Of a stretch of DNA of 32,000 nt, positions 1 through 8,773 are shown piece by piece. The notes beneath the pieces are model-generated. The model was not told the origin of the DNA. It searched no databases and saw nothing but the letters and a program-made list of their open reading frames with translations. The stretch's first letter is position 1. Each line of letters starts with the position of its first letter. Made by a program: the position numbers and the translations under genes. The stretch comes from Wolbachia endosymbiont of Drosophila innubila (GTDB lineage Bacteria > Pseudomonadota > Alphaproteobacteria > Rickettsiales > Anaplasmataceae): positions 960,001 to 992,000 of the forward strand of contig NZ_CP076228.1 in assembly GCF_021378375.1 (NCBI RefSeq), written 5' to 3'.

Positions 1-459
1 TTACTGGTTCGCTTTGAGGAAAGTAATCGCCAATGTGGTCCTGGAATGCTCAACCGTATCATTTATGCATTAAGTGGTCTTAAAGCGGAAAATAATTTTG
101 CAGCTCAACTAGAGCCTCAGCCAATAGGAAAGTTGGCTAGTGATGCTACTAAAAGATTTCTTGAGAAATATGTGGATAAGCACTACCATAAAATAAAAGT
201 TTTGAAAGAAAATTTTGATAATTTGTATTCACCAAGTTCTGGGGTGGATTTGAGCAGCGTGAGTGATGAAGTAAAGGATGGCATTTCTTATACAAGAGAT
301 GCTATAAAAGAATTTGTGTTTAAGGAATTATATGTAAAGTTTTATAACGACTATGGAGAACATATTCGGAGAGGGCAAATAAAACAAAGGCTAAGAGAAT
401 TAATAACAGATGAAGTCATAGATGCAGCAATATCTTATAAGAGGTTGTTCGGAAACTAG
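1..459 (+). pseudogene. Hypothetical protein gene with its 5' end outside the window and its 3' end cut off by an IS insertion. The native frame runs 1..440; the final codons RLFGN-stop are read from the IS terminal repeat.
   Basis: Frame 1 has no stop from nt 1, so the ORF extends upstream of the listed Met at 46. The ORF runs straight into the IS inverted repeat that starts at 441. Deleting 441..2271 in silico restores an open frame into 2272..2365. Confidence 0.7.
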
Positions 460-464
460 TAAAT

Positions 465-1294
465 TCAAGCATATTCCCTCTTTAACATAACCCTACTCAT
501 AGCTAGGTATATGAAATTCTCAGTGGATGTTGTGAGTAAATCATACTCCTTCGATAGCCTTCTATTCCTATTAACCCAAGCAAAAGTCCTTTCTACAACC
601 CATCTTCTTGGCTGTACTTTAAACCCTTGTTCTCTTGTTGGTAGTAGCTCAGGTGGCGTATCTTTGTGCACCCAAAATCTACATGGAGGCCTTTTAACAA
701 TTTCAATATCTATGTCATATTCTTCCTTTATGTGATTCTTTAAATTTCTTCCTTGGTATCCCATGTCAGCCCACATTTTTTTAACTTTAGTATATTTTGT
801 TCTCATATTGTTTAATGCTATTTTAATACCATCTCTATCATTTTCGTTAGCAGCGCCTACGTAACAACCTAGTATAAAACCCTGAGTGTCTGTAATTATA
901 TGCCTTTTTCTACCCTTTACTTTTTACTTCCATCATAGCTTTGATCCCCCTTTTCTGTAGTCTTTACAGATTGACTATCTACTATACAGGCACTCGGCTG
1001 CTCATTCTTTCCTATTTTTCTTCTACTATATTTTGTAATTTCATAATTCATTTTCTCAAAAATTCCCTGCTTCTTCCATTGCCTGAACTGCTCATACACA
1101 GTCTTCCATAGCGGAAAATCATTTGGTAAATACCGCCATTGACACCCTGTACGCAATACATAGAAAATTGCTTCTAATATTTCTTTTTTGCTATACTTTG
1201 GCAGCCTTCCTCCTTTCTTGTATGATACTCTGAAGTGTTTTTCTATTCTTGCCCATTCCCTTTCGCTTAGATCTGTTGGATACTTTTTTCTCAT
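465..1294 (-). CDS. IS5-family DDE transposase of the outer IS. The OrfA frame is 917..1294 and the downstream frame is 465..~916. The two are probably joined by a -1 ribosomal frameshift.
   Basis: The N-terminus has an HTH-like segment (PTDLSEREWARIEKHF...LRTGCQWRYLP). The C-terminal frame has DDE-type sequence (GRKRHIITDTQG...ADMGYQG...ERTFAWVNRNRRLSKEYD). The downstream frame is open from just after the AAAAAG run at 920..925 (minus strand). Confidence 0.65.
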
Positions 1295-1324
1295 CTTTAC
1301 CCCGTACTAAAATTTCAGATATTA

Positions 1325-2236
1325 GAGGTTGTTCGGAAACTAGTAAATTCAAGCATATTCCCTCTTTAACATAACCCTACTCATAGCTAGGTATATGAAA
1401 TTCTCAGTGGATGTTGTGAGTAAATCATACTCCTTCGATAGCCTTCTATTCCTATTAACCCAAGCAAAAGTCCTTTCTACAACCCATCTTCTTGGCTGTA
1501 CTTTAAACCCTTGTTCTCTTGTTGGTAGTAGCTCAGGTGGCGTATCTTTGTGCACCCAAAATCTACATGGAGGCCTTTTAACAATTTCAATATCTATGTC
1601 ATATTCTTCCTTTATGTGATTCTTTAAATTTCTTCCTTGGTATCCCATGTCAGCCCACATTTTTTAACTTTAGTATATTTTGTTCTCATATTGTTTAATG
1701 CTATTTTAATACCATCTCTATCATTTTCGTTAGCAGCGCCTACGTAACAACCTAGTATAAAACCCTGAGTGTCTGTAATTATATGCCTTTTTCTACCCTT
1801 TACTTTTTACTTCCATCATAGCTTTGATCCCCCCTTTTCTGTAGTCTTTACAGATTGACTATCTACTATACAGGCACTCGGCTGCTCATTCTTTCCTATT
1901 TTCTTCTACTATATTTTGTAATTTCATAATTCATTTTCTCAAAAATTCCCTGCTTCTTCCATTGCCTGAACTGCTCATACACAGTCTTCCATAGCGGAAA
2001 ATCATTTGGTAAATACCGCCATTGACACCCTGTACGCAATACATAGAAAATTGCTTCTAATATTTCTTTTTTGCTATACTTTGGCAGCCTTCCTCCTTTC
2101 TTGTATGATACTCTGAAGTGTTTTTCTATTCTTGCCCATTCCCTTTCGCTTAGATCTGTTGGATACTTTTTTCTCATCTTTACCCCGTACTAAAATTTCA
2201 GATATTATAGCCTTTTACTTGTTTCCGGACAACCTC
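1325..2236 (-). mobile_element. ISWpi1-like IS5-family insertion sequence, inner copy nested in the terminal region of the outer copy.
   Basis: It has the same termini: GAGGTTGTTCGGAAAC at 1325..1340 and GTTTCCGGACAACCTC at 2221..2236 (one mismatch). A TTA duplication flanks it (1322..1324 and 2237..2239). The outer copy reads cagataTTA[IS]TTAtagcc where the intact inner end reads cagataTTAtagcc. Confidence 0.85.
1349..2177 (-). pseudogene. Transposase of the inner IS copy, broken by homopolymer-length changes.
   Basis: Relative to the outer copy there are three changes: one T fewer in the run near 1665, one C more in the run near 1830, and one T fewer in the run near 1890. OrfA stops after 93 aa, and the C-terminal frame is disconnected from the VKGRKRHI segment. 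Confidence 0.7.
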
Positions 2237-2271
2237 TTATAGCCTTTTACTTGTTTCCGAACAACCTCTAA

Positions 2272-2365
2272 GATAGACGAGATAGAAATTCCTGCAGAAC
2301 CACTTACTTATCTTGAAAGAGTAAAAACATTTTTTGGAGGTCATGCAAGGTCTTCTGCTGCTTAG
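2272..2365 (+). pseudogene. Displaced 3' end of the IS-disrupted gene at 1..440 (about 31 codons plus TAG).
   Basis: Joining nt 440 to nt 2272 gives ...AISYK-IDEIEIPAEPLTYLERVKTFFGGHARSSAA-stop in the same frame. The TAG lies at 2363..2365. Confidence 0.65.
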
Positions 2366-2430
2366 TGGTTTAGTTCGTGCTATATAGCTAAACTGACTTA
2401 GATTTACTGACAATTTTAAAACAACAAATT

Positions 2431-2700
2431 CGTCATTCCGCTACTAGTTAGCGGAATCTATACCGCGAATGAATCCATAGCTGTACGAACATTGTGATTT
2501 GAGAGCAATTTCCACAAGGGAGGGTGTCATTCCAGTGCTTGGCACTGGAATCCAGCCTTTATTATGCAGCCACTTGGTTGAAATTAAGTCTTCTGGATCC
2601 CAGTGTCTAGGCACTGGGATGACACCATTTGCTGTGCAATTTACCTTCAAAAATGAATGTTCGTACAGCTATGGAATGAATCGTGGTATGACGCGTTAGC
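2431..2700. repeat. Composite palindromic (hairpin) repeat element resembling Rickettsia palindromic elements (RPE-like).
   Basis: Outer imperfect inverted arms lie at 2460..2494 and 2655..2689 (ataccgcgaatgaatccatagctgtacgaacatt versus aatgttcgtacagctatggaatgaatcgtggtat). Inner hairpins are gtcattCCAGTGcttgGCACTGGaatccag (2523..) and ctggatCCCAGTGtctagGCACTGGGatgacacc (..2636). A small hairpin attccgcta/tagcggaat lies at 2435..2457. Both strands are open for about 66-68 codons. Confidence 0.75.
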
Positions 2701-2791
2701 TATAGCTTTGTCTTCCCTTTTCTGAATGGCTTGCAAGCTGCTATCTCTACAAAAACTATATTTTTCTTCAGAAGAGAGTTATATTGTAACT

Positions 2792-3958
2792 ATGGACAAA
2801 ATAATCATAAAAAAATTTGGTGGGACTTCGCTAACTGATTTAAACCGAGTTGCAAATTTGATAAAAAACGATATTGAGAAAGGTTGTAATGTAATCGTTG
2901 TTGTATCTGCTGTTGCAGGATTTACTGACCAAATGGTTTTTCAGGCTAGGCAAATCTCAAATTTAAGTTATAGACAAGAGTTATCAGAGTATGACGTTAT
3001 GCTTTCAGCAGGAGAACAAATCTCTTGCGGTCTATTAGCTATCACTCTCCAATCGATCGGAGTTAATGCTAAATCGTGGCTTGCCTGGCAGTTACCAATT
3101 GTAACTGATGATTTTTATTCTGAGTCTAAAATAAAAACAATAAAGATTGAACGTGTGAAAAGATCTTTTGCTGAGGGTTATACTGCTGCGATCATTGCTG
3201 GTTTTCAGGGTATAAATGATGATAGAATCACTACTTTTGGAAGAGGAGGCTCTGATATATCAGCAGTTGCCTTCGCGGTAGCCTTTGGTGTTAGAACTTG
3301 CGAAATTTTTACTGATATTGATGGAATATATACAGCAGACCCGAGAATTGTTCCAAAGGCACGCAAGCTCAAATTTATCTCTTACGATGAAATGTTGGAA
3401 ATGTCGTCATCTGGTGCTAAAATACTGCATAATCGTTCAGTACAACTTGCAATGAAACATAACATTAAAGTGCAAGTGCTATCCACTTTTAAGGAAGTAG
3501 AAGGCACCACAGTGCTACACAAAAGGGATGTACTAGAGAGATACTTAATTACTGGAATAACTTATAGCACTAATGAAGCTCTTGTAACTTTCACTAACCT
3601 TGCAAATAACTTGCGTACTTTAAGAGATATAGCAGGAGCAAACGTTAAAATTGATATGATACATGGGTCAAGTTTTGTTATCTCCAAATTTGATATTGAT
3701 TTAATGGAAAAGTTACTGAATAAGAATGAAAATTATGCTATAAACGATAATGTAGCTAAAATTTCAATAATTGGTATTGGTGTTATGTCTAACACTGAAG
3801 TGATGCACCGCACACTCAAGGTTTTAAGCGAAAAAAAGATAGAAATACTTGCTATCACAACATCTGAAATCAAAATCAGTATAATTGTTCAAAAAGAATG
3901 CGCTGTAGCTTTAGTCAAAGATTTACATACTGAGTATGAGCTTGATATGCAGCACTAG
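2792..3958 (+). CDS. lysC: Aspartate kinase (aspartokinase).
   Basis: The N-terminus IIIKKFGGTSL matches the kinase signature, FGRGGSD...FTDIDGIYTADPRIVP is present, and the C-terminus has ACT-like repeats. The start is placed at the Met preceding KIIIKKFGGTS (2792) rather than at the ORF-track start of 2726. Confidence 0.9.
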   Translation: MDKIIIKKFGGTSLTDLNRVANLIKNDIEKGCNVIVVVSAVAGFTDQMVFQARQISNLSYRQELSEYDVMLSAGEQISCGLLAITLQSIGVNAKSWLAWQLPIVTDDFYSESKIKTIKIERVKRSFAEGYTAAIIAGFQGINDDRITTFGRGGSDISAVAFAVAFGVRTCEIFTDIDGIYTADPRIVPKARKLKFISYDEMLEMSSSGAKILHNRSVQLAMKHNIKVQVLSTFKEVEGTTVLHKRDVLERYLITGITYSTNEALVTFTNLANNLRTLRDIAGANVKIDMIHGSSFVISKFDIDLMEKLLNKNENYAINDNVAKISIIGIGVMSNTEVMHRTLKVLSEKKIEILAITTSEIKISIIVQKECAVALVKDLHTEYELDMQH

Positions 3959-4049
3959 GATAGGCTTGACGTCCAGTTGTCTAAGAGTATGTCTTAAAAA
4001 GGAATGAGGAAAAAAATATGATAGTGTAAGTAAAAAATAGGAGGGAAAA

Positions 4050-4628
4050 TTGTATCCAAGTGATATAAGTGATAAGGAATGGGAAATTTTGGAGCCACAT
4101 GTTGCACAAGGAAAGATAGGGAGGCCAAGAAAGCACAATATCAGAACAATTATTAATGCAATAAGGTATATAATGAGAGGTGGTTGTCAATGGAGAATGC
4201 TGCCGAAAGATTTTCCTCCATGGAAGACGGTGTATGACTATTTTCTCAGGTGACGTAGTAATGGCAAATTGGAAAAAATACATAATATGCTAGTAAAAGA
4301 GGTAAGAAAAATGTTTGGTAAAAATGAAACACCTTCAGTAGGAATAATTGACAGTCAATCAGTAAAAACCACTCAAAAAGGGGATCCAGAGGATATGATG
4401 CTGAAAAAAAATAAAGGGTAGAAAACGTCATATTGTTGTAGATACAGTGGGCTTAATTATTGCGGCTGATGTTCATAGTGCAAGTGTTCAAGATCGTGAT
4501 GGTGCTCTAAATCTTTTCACTCAAGCTAAATACAAGGCTCCAACTTTACGTAAGTTTTTTGCTGATCAAGGATACATAGCAAAACCGCTGTTTATTGGAG
4601 ACAGGATACGATTACCAAGAAAGCTGTT
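4050..4628 (+). pseudogene. Decayed IS5-family transposase of a different lineage from ISWpi1. It has multiple frameshifts and is 3'-truncated.
   Basis: YPSDISDKEWEILEPHV...MRGGCQWRMLPKDFPPWKTVYDYF lies at 4050..4253. It continues in other frames with GIIDSQSVKTTQKG, KGRKRHIVVDTVGLIIAADVHSASVQDRDGA and FFADQGY. The homology then ends abruptly near 4600..4628. Confidence 0.7.
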
Positions 4629-5005
4629 GATGTTACAGGATTTTTCGACAATCTGGACCACAATTTAGCACTGCAGGCTATCAAGAAGCACACAGACTGC
4701 AAATGGGTCATACTGTATGTTGAAAGGTGGATGAAATCCCCTATTCAGCAAGCAGATGGCAGTAAGGTAGTTAGGGAAAAAAGGAGTTCCGCAAGGAGGT
4801 TCAATAAGCCCAATCATTTCAAACATATTTATGCACCATGCATTTGATATATGGATGAAACAAAATCACCCAACAGTACCATTTGAAAGATATGTGGATG
4901 ATGCGATAGTGCACTGCAGAACTAAAAGACAGGCAGAATTTATGCGAGCAGCAATTGAAGAAAGATTGGCATAATGTAAGCTAAAATTGCAACCTGATAC
5001 CAATG
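4629..5005 (+). pseudogene. Internal fragment of a group II intron reverse transcriptase (RT domains ~3-7). It has a frameshift and an in-frame stop.
   Basis: The translation reads DVTGFFDNLDHNLALQAIKKH...VVREK[frameshift]GVPQGGSISPIISNIFMHHAFDIWM...ERYVDDAIVHC...EERLA*CKLKLQPD. The RT motifs FFDN, PQGG and YxDD are present. The ORF start, the X/maturase domain and any ribozyme domains are absent. Confidence 0.7.
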
Positions 5006-5197
5006 CCATTCCAAAACTCCATCATTATACTGCCTTAGTATAACCTTCTCACTTCTATTGTCTATTTGTTTGTTATGTAATAGAAATTGGTATGAGATTG
5101 AAGAATTAAGTGTGAACGGTTACAGAATTTTTGCCAGGAGAAACATATAGTTAAAGTAATTCAGATTTGTAAGATATGTTTATCTGCAATTATAGCT

Positions 5198-7114
5198 TCA
5201 ACAGTAGGCAATGTTGCTTTTAATTACCTCAACATTTTCTCTTGGCAATTCTTTAATGAACCGAGAAGTGCGCATCGGTTGCCACTGGTTGTTAATTTCC
5301 CTCCTATCTGCACATGAAATGATTAACCTTTCTTTGGCTCTGGTTATGCCAACATATGCGAGTCTCCTTTCTTCTTCTAAAGCTTTACCACTTTTGTCAT
5401 CAAAAGATCTTTGATGAGGAAATAATCCCTCTTCCCAACCAGGTAGAAACACGCACGGGAATTCAAGTCCTTTGGCTGCATGAAGAGTCATAACATATAC
5501 GGTGTCATCGTTATTCATATTATCCACTTCCATCACCAGACTTATATGCTCCAAGAAAGTTGTGGCATTATCGAAATTTTTTAAAGATGAGATGAGCTCT
5601 TTAACATTTTCTATTCGTGCTAAGCCTGTTACCTCATCATTTTCAAGCATTTCAATATATCCTGATTGGTTTGCTACGATTTTAACGAATTCATGCAGTG
5701 GTTTTACGCTTACTATTTCTTCCCAAGCTTTAATTTTATTTAAAAAATCGTTGAGTGAGAGTTTAATTCTTTCGGTTACCTGATTACTATTAACTAATAT
5801 TTTTGCTGCCTCAAAAAAAGAAATTTTGTTATCCTGAGCAGTCGTGTATATTTTCTTTAGAGTTGTAGCTCCTATGCTTCTTTTTGGCCGATTTACTATC
5901 CTTTCGAAAGCTAAGTCATCGTTATTGTTTGTAACAAGTCTTAAATATGCAATTATATCCCTGACTTCCTGACGTTCGTAGAATTTTACGCCACTTATAA
6001 TCTTGTAGGGAATTGAATATTTTATAAAATACTCTTCGAGAACTCTAGTTTGAAAAGTGGCCCTTACCAGCACTGCAATGTCACTAAATCTGTATTTATT
6101 GAGTTTCAATATCTGTTCGCTTATGAACCTTGCTTCAGCTTTCCCATCCCATAATTTTATTAGATTTACCTTTTCCCCTTCAATGTTTGTTGTCCACAAT
6201 TTTTTTTCTAAGCGAGTCTTATTGTGATTGATAACATATGACGCAGTTGCAAGTATGTGAGGTGTTGACCTGTAGTTACACTCTAGTTTAACGGTTTTTG
6301 CATTTTTAAAATCATCAGAAAACTTCAAAATATTTTCAACTTCTGCACCACGCCAACTATATATCGACTGGTCATCATCTCCTACACAGCAAATATTTGA
6401 GTGCTCTTTTGCAAGGTATTTTAGCCAAAGATATTGTATCGCATTTGTATCTTGATATTCATCTACCATAACATATTTAAACTTGTTTTGGTAGTAGGGC
6501 AGAACTTCGGTCTTTTGATTAAAGAGCTGTATGTTATATAGCAATAAGTCACCAAAATCGACAGAATTAAGGAATTTCAACCTTTCCTGATACTGGTGAT
6601 AGACTTTGAGTGCAGTTACATATACTGGCCTAAATGATTGAATATCTTCCACTTCAGATGGCAATAAGCACTTCTCTTTCCATTGCTGAATAATATTCAT
6701 AATGGTCTTACATTTTTCTGATAGGTAATCAGGATTTATTTCATTGATAATATTTTTTATTACCTGTAATTGGTCATCCACACCAATGATTGTAAAATTG
6801 GGGTTTAAGCCCACAATTTCTGCGTGCAGGCGCAAGATTTTTGCTGCAATTGCATGGAAAGTGCCAAGCCATGGTATGTTTGTGCCCGTTAGCTCAAGTA
6901 CCCTTGATACCATCTCATTTGCTGCTTTATTTGTAAATGTAACTGCTAATATCTCATCAGAATAAGCGTGACCGTTTCTAATTATGTGTGCTATTCTTGA
7001 AGTAATCGTTCTTGTTTTTCCCGTCCCGGCTCCTGCCAGTATCAAAACTGGTCTATCTATGTTAGTTACAGCTGATTGTTGTTCTGGATTTAGCAGTGAG
7101 AGATAATCGTTCAT
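5198..7114 (-). CDS. uvrD: UvrD/Rep/PcrA-family (SF1) ATP-dependent DNA helicase.
   Basis: Walker A AGAGTGKT, motif II VDEYQDTN, and the motifs YRST, VLVR, TLHAAKGLEF and YVGITRAK all occur in the canonical order. Confidence 0.9.
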   Translation of the reverse strand: MNDYLSLLNPEQQSAVTNIDRPVLILAGAGTGKTRTITSRIAHIIRNGHAYSDEILAVTFTNKAANEMVSRVLELTGTNIPWLGTFHAIAAKILRLHAEIVGLNPNFTIIGVDDQLQVIKNIINEINPDYLSEKCKTIMNIIQQWKEKCLLPSEVEDIQSFRPVYVTALKVYHQYQERLKFLNSVDFGDLLLYNIQLFNQKTEVLPYYQNKFKYVMVDEYQDTNAIQYLWLKYLAKEHSNICCVGDDDQSIYSWRGAEVENILKFSDDFKNAKTVKLECNYRSTPHILATASYVINHNKTRLEKKLWTTNIEGEKVNLIKLWDGKAEARFISEQILKLNKYRFSDIAVLVRATFQTRVLEEYFIKYSIPYKIISGVKFYERQEVRDIIAYLRLVTNNNDDLAFERIVNRPKRSIGATTLKKIYTTAQDNKISFFEAAKILVNSNQVTERIKLSLNDFLNKIKAWEEIVSVKPLHEFVKIVANQSGYIEMLENDEVTGLARIENVKELISSLKNFDNATTFLEHISLVMEVDNMNNDDTVYVMTLHAAKGLEFPCVFLPGWEEGLFPHQRSFDDKSGKALEEERRLAYVGITRAKERLIISCADRREINNQWQPMRTSRFIKELPRENVEVIKSNIAYC

Positions 7115-7241
7115 CGTAGCCCTATAGATTATAACTTCGTAAAGTTAAACCTATGATTGAAATATTGTAAAGGTTTTATTGAATAGAACAGTTAAAGAAT
7201 GCTTCACTCAAGTACTACATATTTAAACGTAGGTTTTACAT

Positions 7242-7670
7242 CTATTTTGTTTTAGTAGTTTCAGGTGTATGTCGAGTAACAACAACTTGATTTGAGGTAT
7301 TGGCACCAGAACTTCTGCTTGTTGGGTGGATAAGTGGAGTTTGGAATGGCTTATATGTACGGTTTAGTTCCTTCATTTCTATTTCTTCAACTTCAACAAG
7401 GGGTTTTTCTTTTGGGGTATAGCGATTATGCGTTGCAGGTCGTTCAGTGAGATTTTCATATGTTTCTTTCAACCAAGTTCCGATATCATACATAAATCCA
7501 TACGCTTTTTCTTTAAATTCTCTCAATGATCTACTGAAACTTGCTAGTGTGTTATTAAAGTAAATTGTCATATAGTCTCTTGTGGTGTATTGATAACTTT
7601 CTCCATCTAGTCTGCTACTTTGTGCGTTAGAACTATTGTTGCTTTTAAAATAACCAAATATGTTGTACAT
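7242..7670 (-). CDS. Hypothetical protein (142 aa) with no recognisable domain.
   Basis: This is the only long ORF in the interval between the helicase and nuoJ. The C-terminal half is Pro/Thr/Lys-rich. Confidence 0.45.
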   Translation of the reverse strand: MYNIFGYFKSNNSSNAQSSRLDGESYQYTTRDYMTIYFNNTLASFSRSLREFKEKAYGFMYDIGTWLKETYENLTERPATHNRYTPKEKPLVEVEEIEMKELNRTYKPFQTPLIHPTSRSSGANTSNQVVVTRHTPETTKTK

Positions 7671-7824
7671 TTTGAGTCGCCATTAATTACTAACATACAC
7701 ATATTATATATTGATAAATTAAGGACTTAGTGTATTGATTAAGCACTTAGAAAGCGCTCTGTATAATAATTTAAAATGGAGCTGGAGCTTTGTAGTACAA
7801 TGTTTTCAAACGTTTAATATAATA

Positions 7825-7853
7825 TTGACTTTACAACGATAGTCACTTTAAAT
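7825..7853 (+). promoter_or_regulatory. Candidate sigma70-type promoter for the nuoJ block.
   Basis: TTGACT at 7825..7830 is followed by a 17-nt spacer and TTAAAT at 7848..7853, about 30 nt upstream of the nuoJ ATG. AT-rich DNA yields such matches easily. Confidence 0.25.
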
Positions 7854-7882
7854 TAGTAACTATTGTTGCAGTTCAAGTATCA

Positions 7883-8470
7883 ATGCCTTTTTTCTTTTAT
7901 TTTTTTGCAATTCTTAGCATTTTATCTGCTGTATGCGTAATTAGTGTAAGAAATCCTGTGCATGCAGTATTATTTTTAATTTTCACCTTCGTTAACTCTG
8001 CAGTGCTTTTCATTCTCCTTGGAGCTGAATTCATCGCTATGATGGTACTGATAGTATACATCGGTGCAGTTGCAGTGTTGTTCCTCTTTGTAGTTATGAT
8101 GCTCGATATTGACTACATAAGATTGCGCCAGGGTTTTGCGAAGCATTTCACTCTTGGTGCTATATTGTGTGGTGTGTTTTTTTTGATTATCAGTTTTGTA
8201 ATCCGCAGCTCAACGCTGAATATAAGTAATGTTATAAACTATAATGCCAATAACGTGAAAGCTATCGGTAATTTGCTCTACACTGACTACATGTACGCTT
8301 TTCATCTTTCTGGAATTTTGCTACTTGTTGCAATTGTCGGTGCAATTGCTCTTACTTTGCAGGACAAGAAAAAAGGAGTTAAAAAACAGAATGTATTAAA
8401 GCAATTGACGCAATCTTCATCTGTAAAATTGGTTAAGGCTAAATTTGGAAAAGGAGTGGAATGGAAATAG
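7883..8470 (+). CDS. nuoJ: NADH-quinone oxidoreductase subunit J.
   Basis: The product is a polytopic membrane protein with the typical NuoJ N-terminus ([11 protein letters not shown]...) and sits immediately upstream of nuoK. Confidence 0.9.
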   Translation: MPFFFYFFAILSILSAVCVISVRNPVHAVLFLIFTFVNSAVLFILLGAEFIAMMVLIVYIGAVAVLFLFVVMMLDIDYIRLRQGFAKHFTLGAILCGVFFLIISFVIRSSTLNISNVINYNANNVKAIGNLLYTDYMYAFHLSGILLLVAIVGAIALTLQDKKKGVKKQNVLKQLTQSSSVKLVKAKFGKGVEWK

Positions 8471-8769
8471 GATTAAATCATTTTTTGATAGTTGCTGCTA
8501 TTTTGTTCACTGTTGGGGTGTGCGGTATTTTCATCAACCGTAAGAGCATAATCAATATATTGTTATCAATAGAAATATTATTGTTGGCGATTAACATCAA
8601 TCTAGTTGCTTTTTCTGCCTTTATGAATGATATAGTTGGGCAAATTTTTGTGATGTTTGTGTTGACTGTTGCGGCAGCAGAGTCAGGAGTTGGGCTTGCA
8701 ATATTGGTTGTATATTATAGAAGCCGTGGCAATATAGATGTTGAACAAGCAAATTTAATGAAAGAATGA
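8461..8769 (+). CDS. nuoK: NADH-quinone oxidoreductase subunit K.
   Basis: The product is 102 aa with three TM segments and the conserved [17 protein letters not shown] segment. The gene overlaps nuoJ by 10 nt. Confidence 0.9.
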   Translation: MEIGLNHFLIVAAILFTVGVCGIFINRKSIINILLSIEILLLAININLVAFSAFMNDIVGQIFVMFVLTVAAAESGVGLAILVVYYRSRGNIDVEQANLMKE

Positions 8770-8773
8770 AAGT

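Larger units (their letters stand above)
441..2268 (-). mobile_element. ISWpi1-like IS5-family insertion sequence, outer copy (441..1324 plus 2237..2268), split by a nested second copy.
   Basis: The terminal inverted repeat GAGGTTGTTCGGAAAC lies at 441..456 and its reverse complement at 2253..2268. A 3-bp direct repeat TAA flanks the element (438..440 and 2269..2271). About 913 bp remain once the nested copy and its target duplication are removed. Confidence 0.85.

Noticed and set aside
511-1619. The 74-aa plus-strand ORFs at 511..735 and 1395..1619.
   Set aside because: They lie antisense to the IS transposase frame and are identical only because the IS is duplicated. They have no start context and a low-complexity Ser/Leu composition. 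They are treated as shadow ORFs.
2444-2699. ORFs 2444..2650 (-) and 2499..2699 (+) as real protein genes.
   Set aside because: Both lie wholly inside a palindromic repeat and mirror each other. Their openness on both strands is a property of the repeat family, not evidence for genes. No RBS or plausible start context is present.
2726-2791. The extended N-terminus of aspartokinase (ORF-track start at 2726).
   Set aside because: Aspartokinases begin a few residues before the (V/I)xKFGGTS strand. The extra 22 residues (MACKLLSLQKLYFSSEESYIVT) have no counterpart, and the 2792 ATG fits better. The earlier start cannot be excluded without homologue alignment.
3923-4431. Minus-strand ORFs 3923..4138, 3981..4283 and 4246..4431.
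   Set aside because: They lie antisense to the decayed IS5-family transposase, overlap one another, and encode hydrophobic low-complexity products typical of AT-rich antisense frames.
5211-6965. Plus-strand ORFs inside the helicase gene (5211..5414, 5502..5783, 6744..6965). The same applies to similar antisense ORFs in nuoM/nuoN (11605..11850, 12069..12296), the CDF gene (21395..21676), the 1127-aa gene (22487..22681, 22982..23218, 24764..24979, 25116..25346), glyA (27330..27593, 27729..27914) and the MFS genes (29817..30020, 30938..31141, 31234..31473).
   Set aside because: Every one is fully embedded antisense in a long, well-supported CDS and has no independent support.
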